Position numbers and translations under genes: made by a program. DNA of 46,760 bases, taken from assembly GCA_048940925.1 (NCBI GenBank), contig JBHLOC010000037.1:1-46760 (forward strand). The letters run 5' to 3'. This stretch comes from Promethearchaeota archaeon. Lineage in GTDB: Archaea > Asgardarchaeota > Lokiarchaeia > Sigyniarchaeales > SOKP01. Shown here in pieces: positions 8,226 through 16,923 of this stretch (the stretch's first letter is position 1; each line of letters begins with the position of its first letter). The notes below the pieces were generated by a model. It saw only the letters and a list, made by a program, of their open reading frames with translations, made no database searches and was not told the origin of the DNA.

Positions 8226-10049
8226 ATGAGGATCGCAGTTCTAAATAGGGATTTTTGTAAACCTGATAAATGTAGTCCTTTTGGAAAGAAACCCTGTATA
8301 AAATATTGCCCTAGAGTAAGAACTGGTGATAAAACTATAGTTTTAAGCCCAGATGAAAAATATGTAATAATTACTGAATCTCTCTGTTCTGGAGAGGGTA
8401 TATGTGTTAAAAAGTGTCCTTTTAATGCGATAAGTATTGTTAATTTACCAGATCCATTAGAAAATCAAATTTCATTTCGATATGGGGTAGATCAATTTTC
8501 ATTATTTCGAATGGCAATTCCGAAAAAAGGAAAGGTTCTTGGTTTAATCGGACAAAATGGAATTGGAAAGAGTACATTACTTAAAATCTTGTCTAATGAA
8601 ATAAAGATAAATCTTGGAAGATTTGGTGATGAAGCACCTAATTGGAAAGAAATAATTAATCATTATAAGGGATCGGAACTCCATCAATACTTTATTGATC
8701 TTAAAGAAAATAAAATGAATATTGTTCATAAACCTCAAAATATAACTATAATACCAAAGTTTGTATCTGGAAAAGTAATCGATCTTCTTGACAAAAATAA
8801 TGCTGATAACAGATTAGAACATATAATAGAAAAATTAAATCTTAAAAAAATATTAGAGAGAGATATATCAGTATTATCCGGCGGGGAACTCCAGAGAGTT
8901 GCTATTGCTGCTGCATATCTTAAAAATGGAGATGTTTATCTGTTTGACGAACCGAGCTCTTATTTAGATGTGAGCGAAAGAATTAATATGGCAAAATTAA
9001 TCAGGAGCTTATCAGAAGATAATAAAACAATAATAGTTGTTGAACATGATTTAGCAATATTGGATTATTTAAGTGATTATGTGTCTCTTATCTATGGGGA
9101 ACCCGGAGTTTACGGAATTGTTTCTCATCCACAGGGTGTCAGAGTTGGAATTAATATTTATTTAAATGGATATATAAAGGATGAAAATGTAAGATTTAGA
9201 GAAATTCCAATTACATTTCATGAGCGTCCACCACAAGAATCTTTATTCGATTCTGGAGAAATTATTTTTTCTTATGATGACATTGATATATCTTTAGGCA
9301 ATTTTCATCTAGAGATATCAGGGAGTGAAATTCATGCAGGTGAAATTATTGGTATATTGGGCCCCAATGGAATTGGAAAAACTACATTTATAAATTCTAT
9401 TGCTAAAATTGTTGAAACTGATGAAATGAATCTAAAAAACAATACATTATCAAATGATAAAAATAGTTTGAAGGTTTCTATAAAACCACAATATATTAAA
9501 ATAGAAGATTTAGGATTAGTTTCTGAGCTTATTAATCAAATTAAACTAGCACCCCATCTTAGTGAATCATTTAAAAAGCGACTAATTAATAATTTAGATT
9601 TAGAAAATATTAGAGAAAGAAGAATCCCTGAATTAAGTGGAGGAGAACTACAAAGAGTTGCTATTGCTAAATGTTTATTGAGTGAAGCTGATATTTATTT
9701 ATTTGATGAGCCATCTGCATTTTTAGACGTTGAAATGCGACTACAAGTAGGTCAATTATTAAGAAAGTCTATAGAAGAAATAAAAAAAGCTAGTTTTGTT
9801 GTTGAACATGATATAATAACCCAAGATTTTATTGCTGATTCGATTTTAGTATTTTTAGGAACTCCTGGATTAAATGGAAAAGCTTTAGTTCCCCAAAATT
9901 TAAGAGATGGATTTAATCAATTTTTGAAAATAATGGAAATTACTTTTAGGAGAGATTCTATTACAAAAAGACCACGAGTAAATAAATTAGGAAGTAATAA
10001 AGATATTTATCAAAAAAAGATTAATGAATATTATTATATTCCAAAATAA
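8226..10049 (+). CDS. rli1: Ribosome recycling factor ABCE1/RLI1
   Basis: N-terminal Fe-S domain (RIAV...CKPDKC...KKCPF), two NBDs (GQNGIGKS, GPNGIGKT, LSGGELQRVAIA, DEPS), ITFRRD...RPRVNK. Confidence 0.97.
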   Translation: MRIAVLNRDFCKPDKCSPFGKKPCIKYCPRVRTGDKTIVLSPDEKYVIITESLCSGEGICVKKCPFNAISIVNLPDPLENQISFRYGVDQFSLFRMAIPKKGKVLGLIGQNGIGKSTLLKILSNEIKINLGRFGDEAPNWKEIINHYKGSELHQYFIDLKENKMNIVHKPQNITIIPKFVSGKVIDLLDKNNADNRLEHIIEKLNLKKILERDISVLSGGELQRVAIAAAYLKNGDVYLFDEPSSYLDVSERINMAKLIRSLSEDNKTIIVVEHDLAILDYLSDYVSLIYGEPGVYGIVSHPQGVRVGINIYLNGYIKDENVRFREIPITFHERPPQESLFDSGEIIFSYDDIDISLGNFHLEISGSEIHAGEIIGILGPNGIGKTTFINSIAKIVETDEMNLKNNTLSNDKNSLKVSIKPQYIKIEDLGLVSELINQIKLAPHLSESFKKRLINNLDLENIRERRIPELSGGELQRVAIAKCLLSEADIYLFDEPSAFLDVEMRLQVGQLLRKSIEEIKKASFVVEHDIITQDFIADSILVFLGTPGLNGKALVPQNLRDGFNQFLKIMEITFRRDSITKRPRVNKLGSNKDIYQKKINEYYYIPK

Positions 10050-10359
10050 AGCAATTCATAGAGATTTAAGGATTATTTTCTAACTAATATATTTTCATAG
10101 ACCTTGATTTCGAATGAATTTATGTATCAGAAAAAATGGTGTAAATTTTAAATATAGGAAGTATTAAGATTTTAACAAAATTATTTAAATACTATTGAGA
10201 TAATATTTACTGGGCTTTATTCTAAAATAAATAGATACAAAACTTTTATCTTATTCTAAAATTAATTTTTCAGTCGAAATTTTAGAGTCTTTAATGATAT
10301 TATTATTTTAGTAATAAAATTTACATTAAAACTATATTAAAAAAAATAGTTATTAGTAA

Positions 10360-10614
10360 TTATATTTTTAATCTCCAAAATACAAGTGGTCGACCCCTTT
10401 TACCATTGTTTCGAGTGAATTTTTCTATAATTTTTCTTTTTTGCAATTTAACTAAGTTATCGTATATAGTAGTTCTAGGCGTATTTAATTTCTTTACTAA
10501 TTCTCGTCGAGTAATTGGTCCTGTATTTTCTAAAGCTATAATTAGATTATGTTGAATTGGAGATAAATATTCTTTTTGATTAACAAATTTTTCAATCAAA
10601 AGTTTATTTACCAT
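10360..10614 (-). CDS. Winged helix-turn-helix transcriptional regulator (TrmB/ArsR-like)
   Basis: TRRELVKKLNTPRTTIYDNLVKL...GRP; SD GGAGG upstream. Confidence 0.85.
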   Translation of the reverse strand: MVNKLLIEKFVNQKEYLSPIQHNLIIALENTGPITRRELVKKLNTPRTTIYDNLVKLQKRKIIEKFTRNNGKRGRPLVFWRLKI

Positions 10615-10730
10615 ATTTTATTCCTCCACTTTTTTATCAATTTCTAAAAACGACAATTTTTCGACTTTTTCATTTTTTAAATTAAAATAGTATTCTTATG
10701 ATTTAATAAATTCAAATTATATTTAAATGA

Positions 10731-10763
10731 TGCTTATTTATGTGATATTATCATCAATAAGCA
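10731..10763. promoter_or_regulatory. Inverted repeat, candidate operator between divergent regulator genes
   Basis: TGCTTATT(T)ATG ... CAT(C)AATAAGCA, 11 of 12 arm positions complementary. Confidence 0.45.
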
Positions 10764-10830
10764 CAAAAATTTAAAAATAATAATAATTAATCAAAAGTTG
10801 TAAAGTAATTAATTTTTAAAATCAAAAGAA

Positions 10831-11205
10831 ATGACAGAAACAACAAGAACCACTGTTACTCTAAATAAAAGTTATATGAAATTAATAGAAGATTTAATAG
10901 ATGTTTTCGGTGCAACAAAGGCTCAAGTAATAAGCAACATTGTAGAATATTTCTTTAATGATAGTAAAAATGATCCTTTACTAGAAAAATTAAGATCTAG
11001 AAAAAGAAAAGAGAAAGTTCCTGAAGAATCTGAACTTGATAGGAAAATTAAAATTTACTTAAAAAGAGCTGACAACATACCATTAAATATTTTTTTGGAA
11101 CACCTTAAATTGGATTTAGATTATGTTATTGATCACTTGGATGAATGGGGAGAAAAATATAATTTCAAATTAATTAATAACAACATAATCAAAGATATAA
11201 AATAA
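10831..11205 (+). CDS. Ribbon-helix-helix-like DNA-binding protein with a possible C-terminal winged-helix domain
   Basis: RTTVTL beta strand, helix, GATKAQVI helix typical of the CopG/RHH fold. Confidence 0.6.
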   Translation: MTETTRTTVTLNKSYMKLIEDLIDVFGATKAQVISNIVEYFFNDSKNDPLLEKLRSRKRKEKVPEESELDRKIKIYLKRADNIPLNIFLEHLKLDLDYVIDHLDEWGEKYNFKLINNNIIKDIK

Positions 11206-11233
11206 TTATTTCTATTGTTAACTTATAACCTAA

Positions 11234-11437
11234 TTATCCCCCAAATAACTGTAAGAAGTCATTAGAAAGTCCAGTTGTCCAATCCAACATGGATGAAATA
11301 ACTCCAACAATAATAAAGAAAATAAATAGAGCAAATCCTATTAACAATGCATATTCTACCAAGTTTCCTCCATATTCATCAGAGAAAAAACCTAAAATTT
11401 TCTTTTTAAGTCTTTTAATATATTTTTTTAAAGTCAT
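11234..11437 (-). CDS. flp: Flp/Fap-type (type IVb/Tad) pilin
   Basis: 67 aa; basic leader, FFSDEYG|GNLVEYALLIG with the Flp motif E+5/Y+6, then a hydrophobic helix. Confidence 0.8.
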   Translation of the reverse strand: MTLKKYIKRLKKKILGFFSDEYGGNLVEYALLIGFALFIFFIIVGVISSMLDWTTGLSNDFLQLFGG

Positions 11438-11506
11438 TGCTATTTTTAGTTTTATACAAACTTTTTAAACTAAACTGATTTAAAAAAATATTTGTAAAAT
11501 TTTAAT

Positions 11507-11920
11507 TCAGGATTTCAAAGAATTTAGAATACTATTTAATTCATCTTCAGTTGCTTGATTTTTTGGTATTTTCATTTTAAACTTACCATCATTTAAATTT
11601 CTTGGAATTATATGGACATGAAAGTGATTTATTACTTGTCCAGCTGCAGGAAAATTATTCTGTATTATGTTATATCCATCAATCTTTAGTTTTTTATGAA
11701 TTAATAATGAAATTTTTCTTACAATCTTAAAAACTTCAGCCAATTCATTTTCAGAAATATCTTCGATATTATTATAATGATTCTTTGGGATAATAATTGT
11801 GTGCCCCTTGGAAATAGGAAAAATATCTAAAAATGCCAGATGTGAATCGTCTTCGAATACAACTTTAGATGGAATTTCTTTATCTTTGATTTTACAAAAA
11901 ATACATTCTTTTTCTCTCAT
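11507..11920 (-). CDS. hit: HIT-family nucleotide hydrolase (HinT-like)
   Basis: CIFCKI, AFLDIFP, GHT, AGQ, HFHVHIIPR. Confidence 0.95.
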   Translation of the reverse strand: MREKECIFCKIKDKEIPSKVVFEDDSHLAFLDIFPISKGHTIIIPKNHYNNIEDISENELAEVFKIVRKISLLIHKKLKIDGYNIIQNNFPAAGQVINHFHVHIIPRNLNDGKFKMKIPKNQATEDELNSILNSLKS

Positions 11921-12055
11921 TTCTATAAAACCTTAAAATTCTTTTAATTATTTAAAAATAAGGATCTTTAATTAAAATTTAAAAAACTATTACTGAGTTT
12001 TATCATATTATATTATAAAAACTTTTCATATTACTACGTAGATAAACTGATTAAT

Positions 12056-12871
12056 ATGCTACTTCAAGAAATACAATCGATTTTAAAAAATAAATTGTCT
12101 CCTAAAATATTTAGACTATATTCTGAAATCTATGGATTACATTATAACTCCAAGAAAAATAATAGAATAATCAAAAAAGTGATGCTTACTATAGATTTAA
12201 GTAAAGAAGCAATATTATTTGCTCTAAAAAACAAAATTAATTTGATAATATCTCATCATGGTTTAATAAATAAGCCAACTAAGATTTTTAATCAACCCTT
12301 AATAAATAAATTAAGCCTTTTGAGTAAATATCCCATTTCAATATTCGTATTAAACTCTTCATTTATAGCAGCAGAGGGGGGAGTTTCTGAAACTATTGCA
12401 AAAACACTCTACCTAAATATTGATGCTATGTTAGAAATCAGAAATTTCAATGGAAACAAAGTTCCTATTGGAAGAATTTGTACTCCAAAAAGTTATATTA
12501 ATGAAAAGAAAATAATGAGTCTGGAGGATTTGATAAAAAGAATACAAGTAAATTTGAATACATCATACATTAGATATGTGGGAGATCTTAATAAGCCAAT
12601 AAGAAAAATATGCATCGTCGGAGGTGATACTCCAAATCTTTTTTATATAAAAAAGGCTTTAAAAAAAGATTGTGATTGTTATGTCTCAGGAAATATAAAT
12701 TATATAAATGCAGTTTTCAGTAGAGATATTGGGTTATCTATAATAGAAATCTCACATTATAAAAATGAAATAATTGCGTTGAAAAAATTATATAATGTAC
12801 TAAGCTTGGAGTTTCCTTATGTTGAATTCTTTTTATTTGAATCGAATGATCCTTTTAAATTCTACCATTAA
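12056..12871 (+). CDS. Nif3/YbgI-like (DUF34) protein, divergent
   Basis: IKKVMLTID, LIISHH, GRI, IRKICIVGG, HYKNE. Confidence 0.8.
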   Translation: MLLQEIQSILKNKLSPKIFRLYSEIYGLHYNSKKNNRIIKKVMLTIDLSKEAILFALKNKINLIISHHGLINKPTKIFNQPLINKLSLLSKYPISIFVLNSSFIAAEGGVSETIAKTLYLNIDAMLEIRNFNGNKVPIGRICTPKSYINEKKIMSLEDLIKRIQVNLNTSYIRYVGDLNKPIRKICIVGGDTPNLFYIKKALKKDCDCYVSGNINYINAVFSRDIGLSIIEISHYKNEIIALKKLYNVLSLEFPYVEFFLFESNDPFKFYH

Positions 12872-13033
12872 AATTGATCTAAAAGAATAATTAGTTCTAA
12901 AGTTATATCGAGTTTTTAGAATCTTGATATAGCAAAAACAACCTTAAATAATACTTTAAATTATTTAATTTATAATTTGAAATTGGGAAAGTATTAAATA
13001 AATATTTTGTAGTATTTTTTAAGTGAAATAAAT

Positions 13034-13615
13034 ATGCCTATAATAGAATATAACGGAAGAAAACCGGATATTAGTCCAAATGCTTATGTGAGTCCCCTAA
13101 GTACCCTAATTGGGGATGTTAAAGTCAATAACGATGTAGTAATATGGCCTGGATCTATCATCCGTGCTGAAAATTCTTCGATTAATATAGGTGAATATAC
13201 TACAATTTTTGATGGAGTAATGATGTTCACAAGATCTCAAAGAAGTTCTATTAATATTGGCAGATATTGTATAATTGAAACAGGAGTTACTCTTTTAGGA
13301 TGTTTTATGGAAGATTATGTTCAGATAAAAGAGGGAACGATAATTTTTGAAGAAGTATCTATAGGTGAAGGTGTAATTATTATGAATCACAGCCAAGTCC
13401 CTCCAGGATTAACAATTCCAGCTCGAACTGTAATGCGAGGAATTCCTGTTGATTCTATTAGAGAACAAACTCGGAACGATGTTTTAAAACAGAAAGAAAA
13501 AGCAGAAAATTACTCTCAACTTTTTATTAAAATTAAGCAACAACTCCCAAATGCTCAGAGTTATTTATTAACTTTACCAGATTTCGTAAAATTAATGTTA
13601 AAAAAAGAAGAATAA
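13034..13615 (+). CDS. Gamma-carbonic-anhydrase-like left-handed beta-helix protein
   Basis: P.I...AYV.....LIGDV......IWPG..IRAE hexapeptide repeats. Confidence 0.85.
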   Translation: MPIIEYNGRKPDISPNAYVSPLSTLIGDVKVNNDVVIWPGSIIRAENSSINIGEYTTIFDGVMMFTRSQRSSINIGRYCIIETGVTLLGCFMEDYVQIKEGTIIFEEVSIGEGVIIMNHSQVPPGLTIPARTVMRGIPVDSIREQTRNDVLKQKEKAENYSQLFIKIKQQLPNAQSYLLTLPDFVKLMLKKEE

Positions 13616-13635
13616 AAAAATTATGTAAGTTTGAA

Positions 13636-14523
13636 TTATACCATAATATTCAATATTTTTACAAGTTCTTTATATCTAGAACGAAGAGTAACTTCAGTAA
13701 CTCCTACTAAATTAGCAATCTCTTTTTGTGAAATTCTCTTATCTTTCATTTTACAGACTAAATAAAGAGCACCAGCGCATAATCCTTTTGGATCTTTTCC
13801 CGATGTAGAGAATTTAGAAATAAAGGTTTGTAAGATTTTAATAGATGCATTTTCAGCATCTGCATCCAACTCTAATTCAGCTATAAAACGTGGGATAAGA
13901 GAAATAGGATCTGTAGATGGTACCTTTAAATTCAATTCCCTAATTAATGTTCTATAACATCTTCTCACATTCTTAGCGCTAATAGATGTTTGTTCCAATA
14001 TTTCTTGAAGCGTTCTAGGTATTTTTCTTTCTCTGCAAGCAAAATATAAACAAGCAGCTACCATTCCATTTATTGATCTTCCTCTTAGTAATTTTTTTTT
14101 AAATGCTTCTATATAAAGACGTATTGCGGCCTTTTTCACATGATTGGGTAAATTTAAATTACTACCAATTCGTTTTAATTCAGTTGTAGCAATTAACATA
14201 TTTCTTTTGTCCCAAGTCATACGAGAATTCCATTTTGCTGCTCTTTTCAAATCTGGACTCTTAATATTTGTCTTATCAATGATCGTGCTTAAACCCATAT
14301 CAGGGAGTAAAATAGAAATAGGAGACCCTGTTCTTTCTCTACTTTCTTTTTCCTGCTTAGTAAAAGCTCTTTTACCGCTATGAGAAATATCTACAATTCT
14401 TTCACTTATTACTAAACCACATTGACCACATACTATTTCACCTCTTTCATGAAGTGAAATGGTCTTTCCCCCACACTCGGGGCATAAATTTGAAAAATTA
14501 CTTAAATCTGATTCTATTTCCAT
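13636..14523 (-). CDS. tfb: Transcription initiation factor IIB (TFB)
   Basis: Zn ribbon CPECG...CGQCGLV, RGRS, PRTLQEI, GKDPKGL, GVTEVTLRSRYKEL. Confidence 0.96.
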   Translation of the reverse strand: MEIESDLSNFSNLCPECGGKTISLHERGEIVCGQCGLVISERIVDISHSGKRAFTKQEKESRERTGSPISILLPDMGLSTIIDKTNIKSPDLKRAAKWNSRMTWDKRNMLIATTELKRIGSNLNLPNHVKKAAIRLYIEAFKKKLLRGRSINGMVAACLYFACRERKIPRTLQEILEQTSISAKNVRRCYRTLIRELNLKVPSTDPISLIPRFIAELELDADAENASIKILQTFISKFSTSGKDPKGLCAGALYLVCKMKDKRISQKEIANLVGVTEVTLRSRYKELVKILNIMV

Positions 14524-14814
14524 AACAATAACCCGTTTTTGTATTACAAACTAAAATTATTCCTTATACCTTGAAACTTAACCTACTTAGGCAAATATTA
14601 ACTTGTACAGCAAATAGAAAATTACTACTGTGAGTGATTCAAATTCCGTGACTGAAGTATTAATATATTCTCTGAATGCAAATAATTATAATATAAATAG
14701 ACTATTTAAATGTTTCGCTCAAATTAAAGATTTATATTCAAATTAAATAGGAAGATGAAAGATCCATTTAAATAATTTTTTAGAGTCTTATAATCTCATT
14801 TGATTCTTATTATA

Positions 14815-15468
14815 TCATAGCAAGAAAGAAAGGCCAGTTGTAAAACCAAATAAAACGCCGCCAATAATCCCTGAAATTAATACTACTAGTACTTTACTGG
14901 GATTATTAATCAAACGATTATTATTAATCAGATACCATAGACTCAAAAGAATATTTAGTACTGAAATCAAAGATCCTATTGCAAAACAGTAATAAACTGT
15001 TTTTTCGTAAGGGAATTGAAATGCACTGATATCTTGAATTCTATTACTATAAAATGGATCAATCCCACTAAAATCTATAAAATTATAAATTAATTTATCT
15101 GGTAATGGGTCTAATATCCAAATTAAGAAGTATATAACATAATTAAACAAGATTCCAAAAGCTAAAAAGACATATAGGATACCTAATATTAATCGAGGTA
15201 TTTTAAAAGAATCTTCTTCATTTTTTATACCCATTAGCCTAGATTGCCGATAAACTCCTCGTAATCGTAGTAAAGTAAGAATACCAACGAATAATATAAT
15301 GAATACTATAATAAATTTAAGATAAGTACATAAAATAATAAAAAAATTATTAAATGCGATACACCATTTTTCCAATCCTTTAATTCCATTTTTAAATATA
15401 TCTTCTTTAGTTTTTATATTTCTAGTTCTTAGCAGAGAAAAAAACATTTTATAATATTGTGTAAACAA
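14815..15468 (-). CDS. Hypothetical membrane protein (about 4 TM)
   Basis: Four hydrophobic segments; start uncertain. Confidence 0.7.
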   Translation of the reverse strand: MFTQYYKMFFSLLRTRNIKTKEDIFKNGIKGLEKWCIAFNNFFIILCTYLKFIIVFIILFVGILTLLRLRGVYRQSRLMGIKNEEDSFKIPRLILGILYVFLAFGILFNYVIYFLIWILDPLPDKLIYNFIDFSGIDPFYSNRIQDISAFQFPYEKTVYYCFAIGSLISVLNILLSLWYLINNNRLINNPSKVLVVLISGIIGGVLFGFTTGLSFLL

Positions 15469-15507
15469 GAATATTTAAACTCACAAATAATTTTGACCTA
15501 CCAACGA

Positions 15508-15963
15508 TTAGATTATTTTTTCACATTCATCGTTTATTGCTTTCATAGTAACATTGAAATCTTGCCACCAATCCTGACCTTGCTGAGTAACTAATATTGG
15601 ATCTCGCTTTCGAGAATCAAGGCATCTTATTTCTTCTTTATGACCTTTAATTTTTGCTTTCCAAATTTCAGAAAATATATTTTGCAAATTAATTTTTACT
15701 TTTTTAATCAGTTCCTCATATGAGACTGATACATCTTCTGTCTTTTGTAATCTTTGGAGTTGTTCAAATTTCACTTTCTCTTTTGCACGATTTAAATCGC
15801 TACAACTAATTTTTATTGAAAAAGGGACATCTTTTCCCCATTTGCAAAATTTCTGAATTTCACATATAGAACAATAAATTTCAAAACTGATTGTATAATC
15901 CTCAAGACCTATTATTGAAAAGTTTAACATATTAGGCATTAAATTCACTTTTTTTATAATCAA
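15508..15963 (-). CDS. Hypothetical protein with CxxC and additional Cys (possible metal binding)
   Basis: YCSICEIQKFC...SC; start could be an internal ATG. Confidence 0.65.
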   Translation of the reverse strand: MIIKKVNLMPNMLNFSIIGLEDYTISFEIYCSICEIQKFCKWGKDVPFSIKISCSDLNRAKEKVKFEQLQRLQKTEDVSVSYEELIKKVKINLQNIFSEIWKAKIKGHKEEIRCLDSRKRDPILVTQQGQDWWQDFNVTMKAINDECEKII

Positions 15964-16122
15964 AAATTTTTCTTATTTCCTATTTGTTTTAGGTCAAAAA
16001 ATTTTTTAGTAATTTATTATTTAAATTATACGATCAATTCTTAATTTATTAAATACAATATTAATTTTTAAATAACAAGAACTCAAAAATCTATAACTTA
16101 GTTATAGTTGGGAAAGAGGCTT

Positions 16123-16226
16123 GGGAGAGTAGAAGCATCTAATCGAAGTCTCTCTTCAATGGCTTAGCCTGGTATAGCGCACGGCTGATAACCGTGAGGT
16201 CGGGGGTTCAAAGCCCCCCTTTCCCA
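16123..16226 (+). tRNA. tRNA-Ile(GAT) with a non-canonical intron at position 7/8 (16130..16159); alternative 5' end at 16110
   Basis: D arm GCTT-AGCCTGGTA-TAGC, anticodon arm CACGG-CT GAT AA-CCGTG, T arm GGGGG-TTCAAAG-CCCCC, 3' acceptor CTTTCCC-A; the 5' acceptor strand is separated from the D arm by an insert. Confidence 0.85.
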
Positions 16227-16302
16227 TTATTTTTATACATGAAATAATTTCAAGTATGTTCATTTACTTTTTTAAATATCATTCTCTATTCTAGAATTAG
16301 AA

Positions 16303-16896
16303 ATGAAAATTATAATAATCACCGGAACACCTGGATGTGGTAAAACTTCAGTTGCAAAAGAAATTTCAAATGTAACAGGAGCCCAATTAATTTCTCTAAA
16401 TGAATTAGCAATATCAGAAGAATTTTCATTTGAATATGATGAAGAAAGAAAAACACACATAGTGGATTTTAAAGTATTTCTGCCTTCTGTTTTAAAAAAG
16501 ATTAGTGCAATTGCGCAAGATAATCCAAAATATTTGGTAATTGAAAGTCATTTTTCTGACATCATTCCAGAAAATTTTATAGATTTTGCTTTTATTTTGA
16601 GATGTGCTCCGGATGAATTATTTAAAAGATTAAAAAAGAAAAAATATAATTCAAAAAAAATTCTTGAAAATATTCAAGCAGAAATTTTGGGAAACTGTAC
16701 ATATTATTTCATTCAAAAACATATGAAAATCCCTCTTTTTGAAATTGATACTACAAATCTCAGTATTAAATCAGTAGCTAAAATTATTTTAAATATTATG
16801 GTTGATAATCAAGATGGGAAAAAATATAATGTAGGTAAAATTGATTGGCTAGAAAAATTATTTCAAGAAAACCGTTTAGGGGAATTTTTTAATTGA
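16303..16896 (+). CDS. Adenylate kinase AK6/Fap7 (hCINAP) family
   Basis: IITGTPGCGKT, VIESH, ILRC, ENIQAEI. Confidence 0.92.
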   Translation: MKIIIITGTPGCGKTSVAKEISNVTGAQLISLNELAISEEFSFEYDEERKTHIVDFKVFLPSVLKKISAIAQDNPKYLVIESHFSDIIPENFIDFAFILRCAPDELFKRLKKKKYNSKKILENIQAEILGNCTYYFIQKHMKIPLFEIDTTNLSIKSVAKIILNIMVDNQDGKKYNVGKIDWLEKLFQENRLGEFFN

Positions 16897-16923
16897 GAAT
16901 CAAATTTCAACAAAGTGTAATAT

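Noticed and set aside
14625-14680. Possible C/D-box sRNA upstream of tfb (two CTGA boxes)
   Set aside because: No canonical RTGATGA C box or C' box, and no terminal stem.
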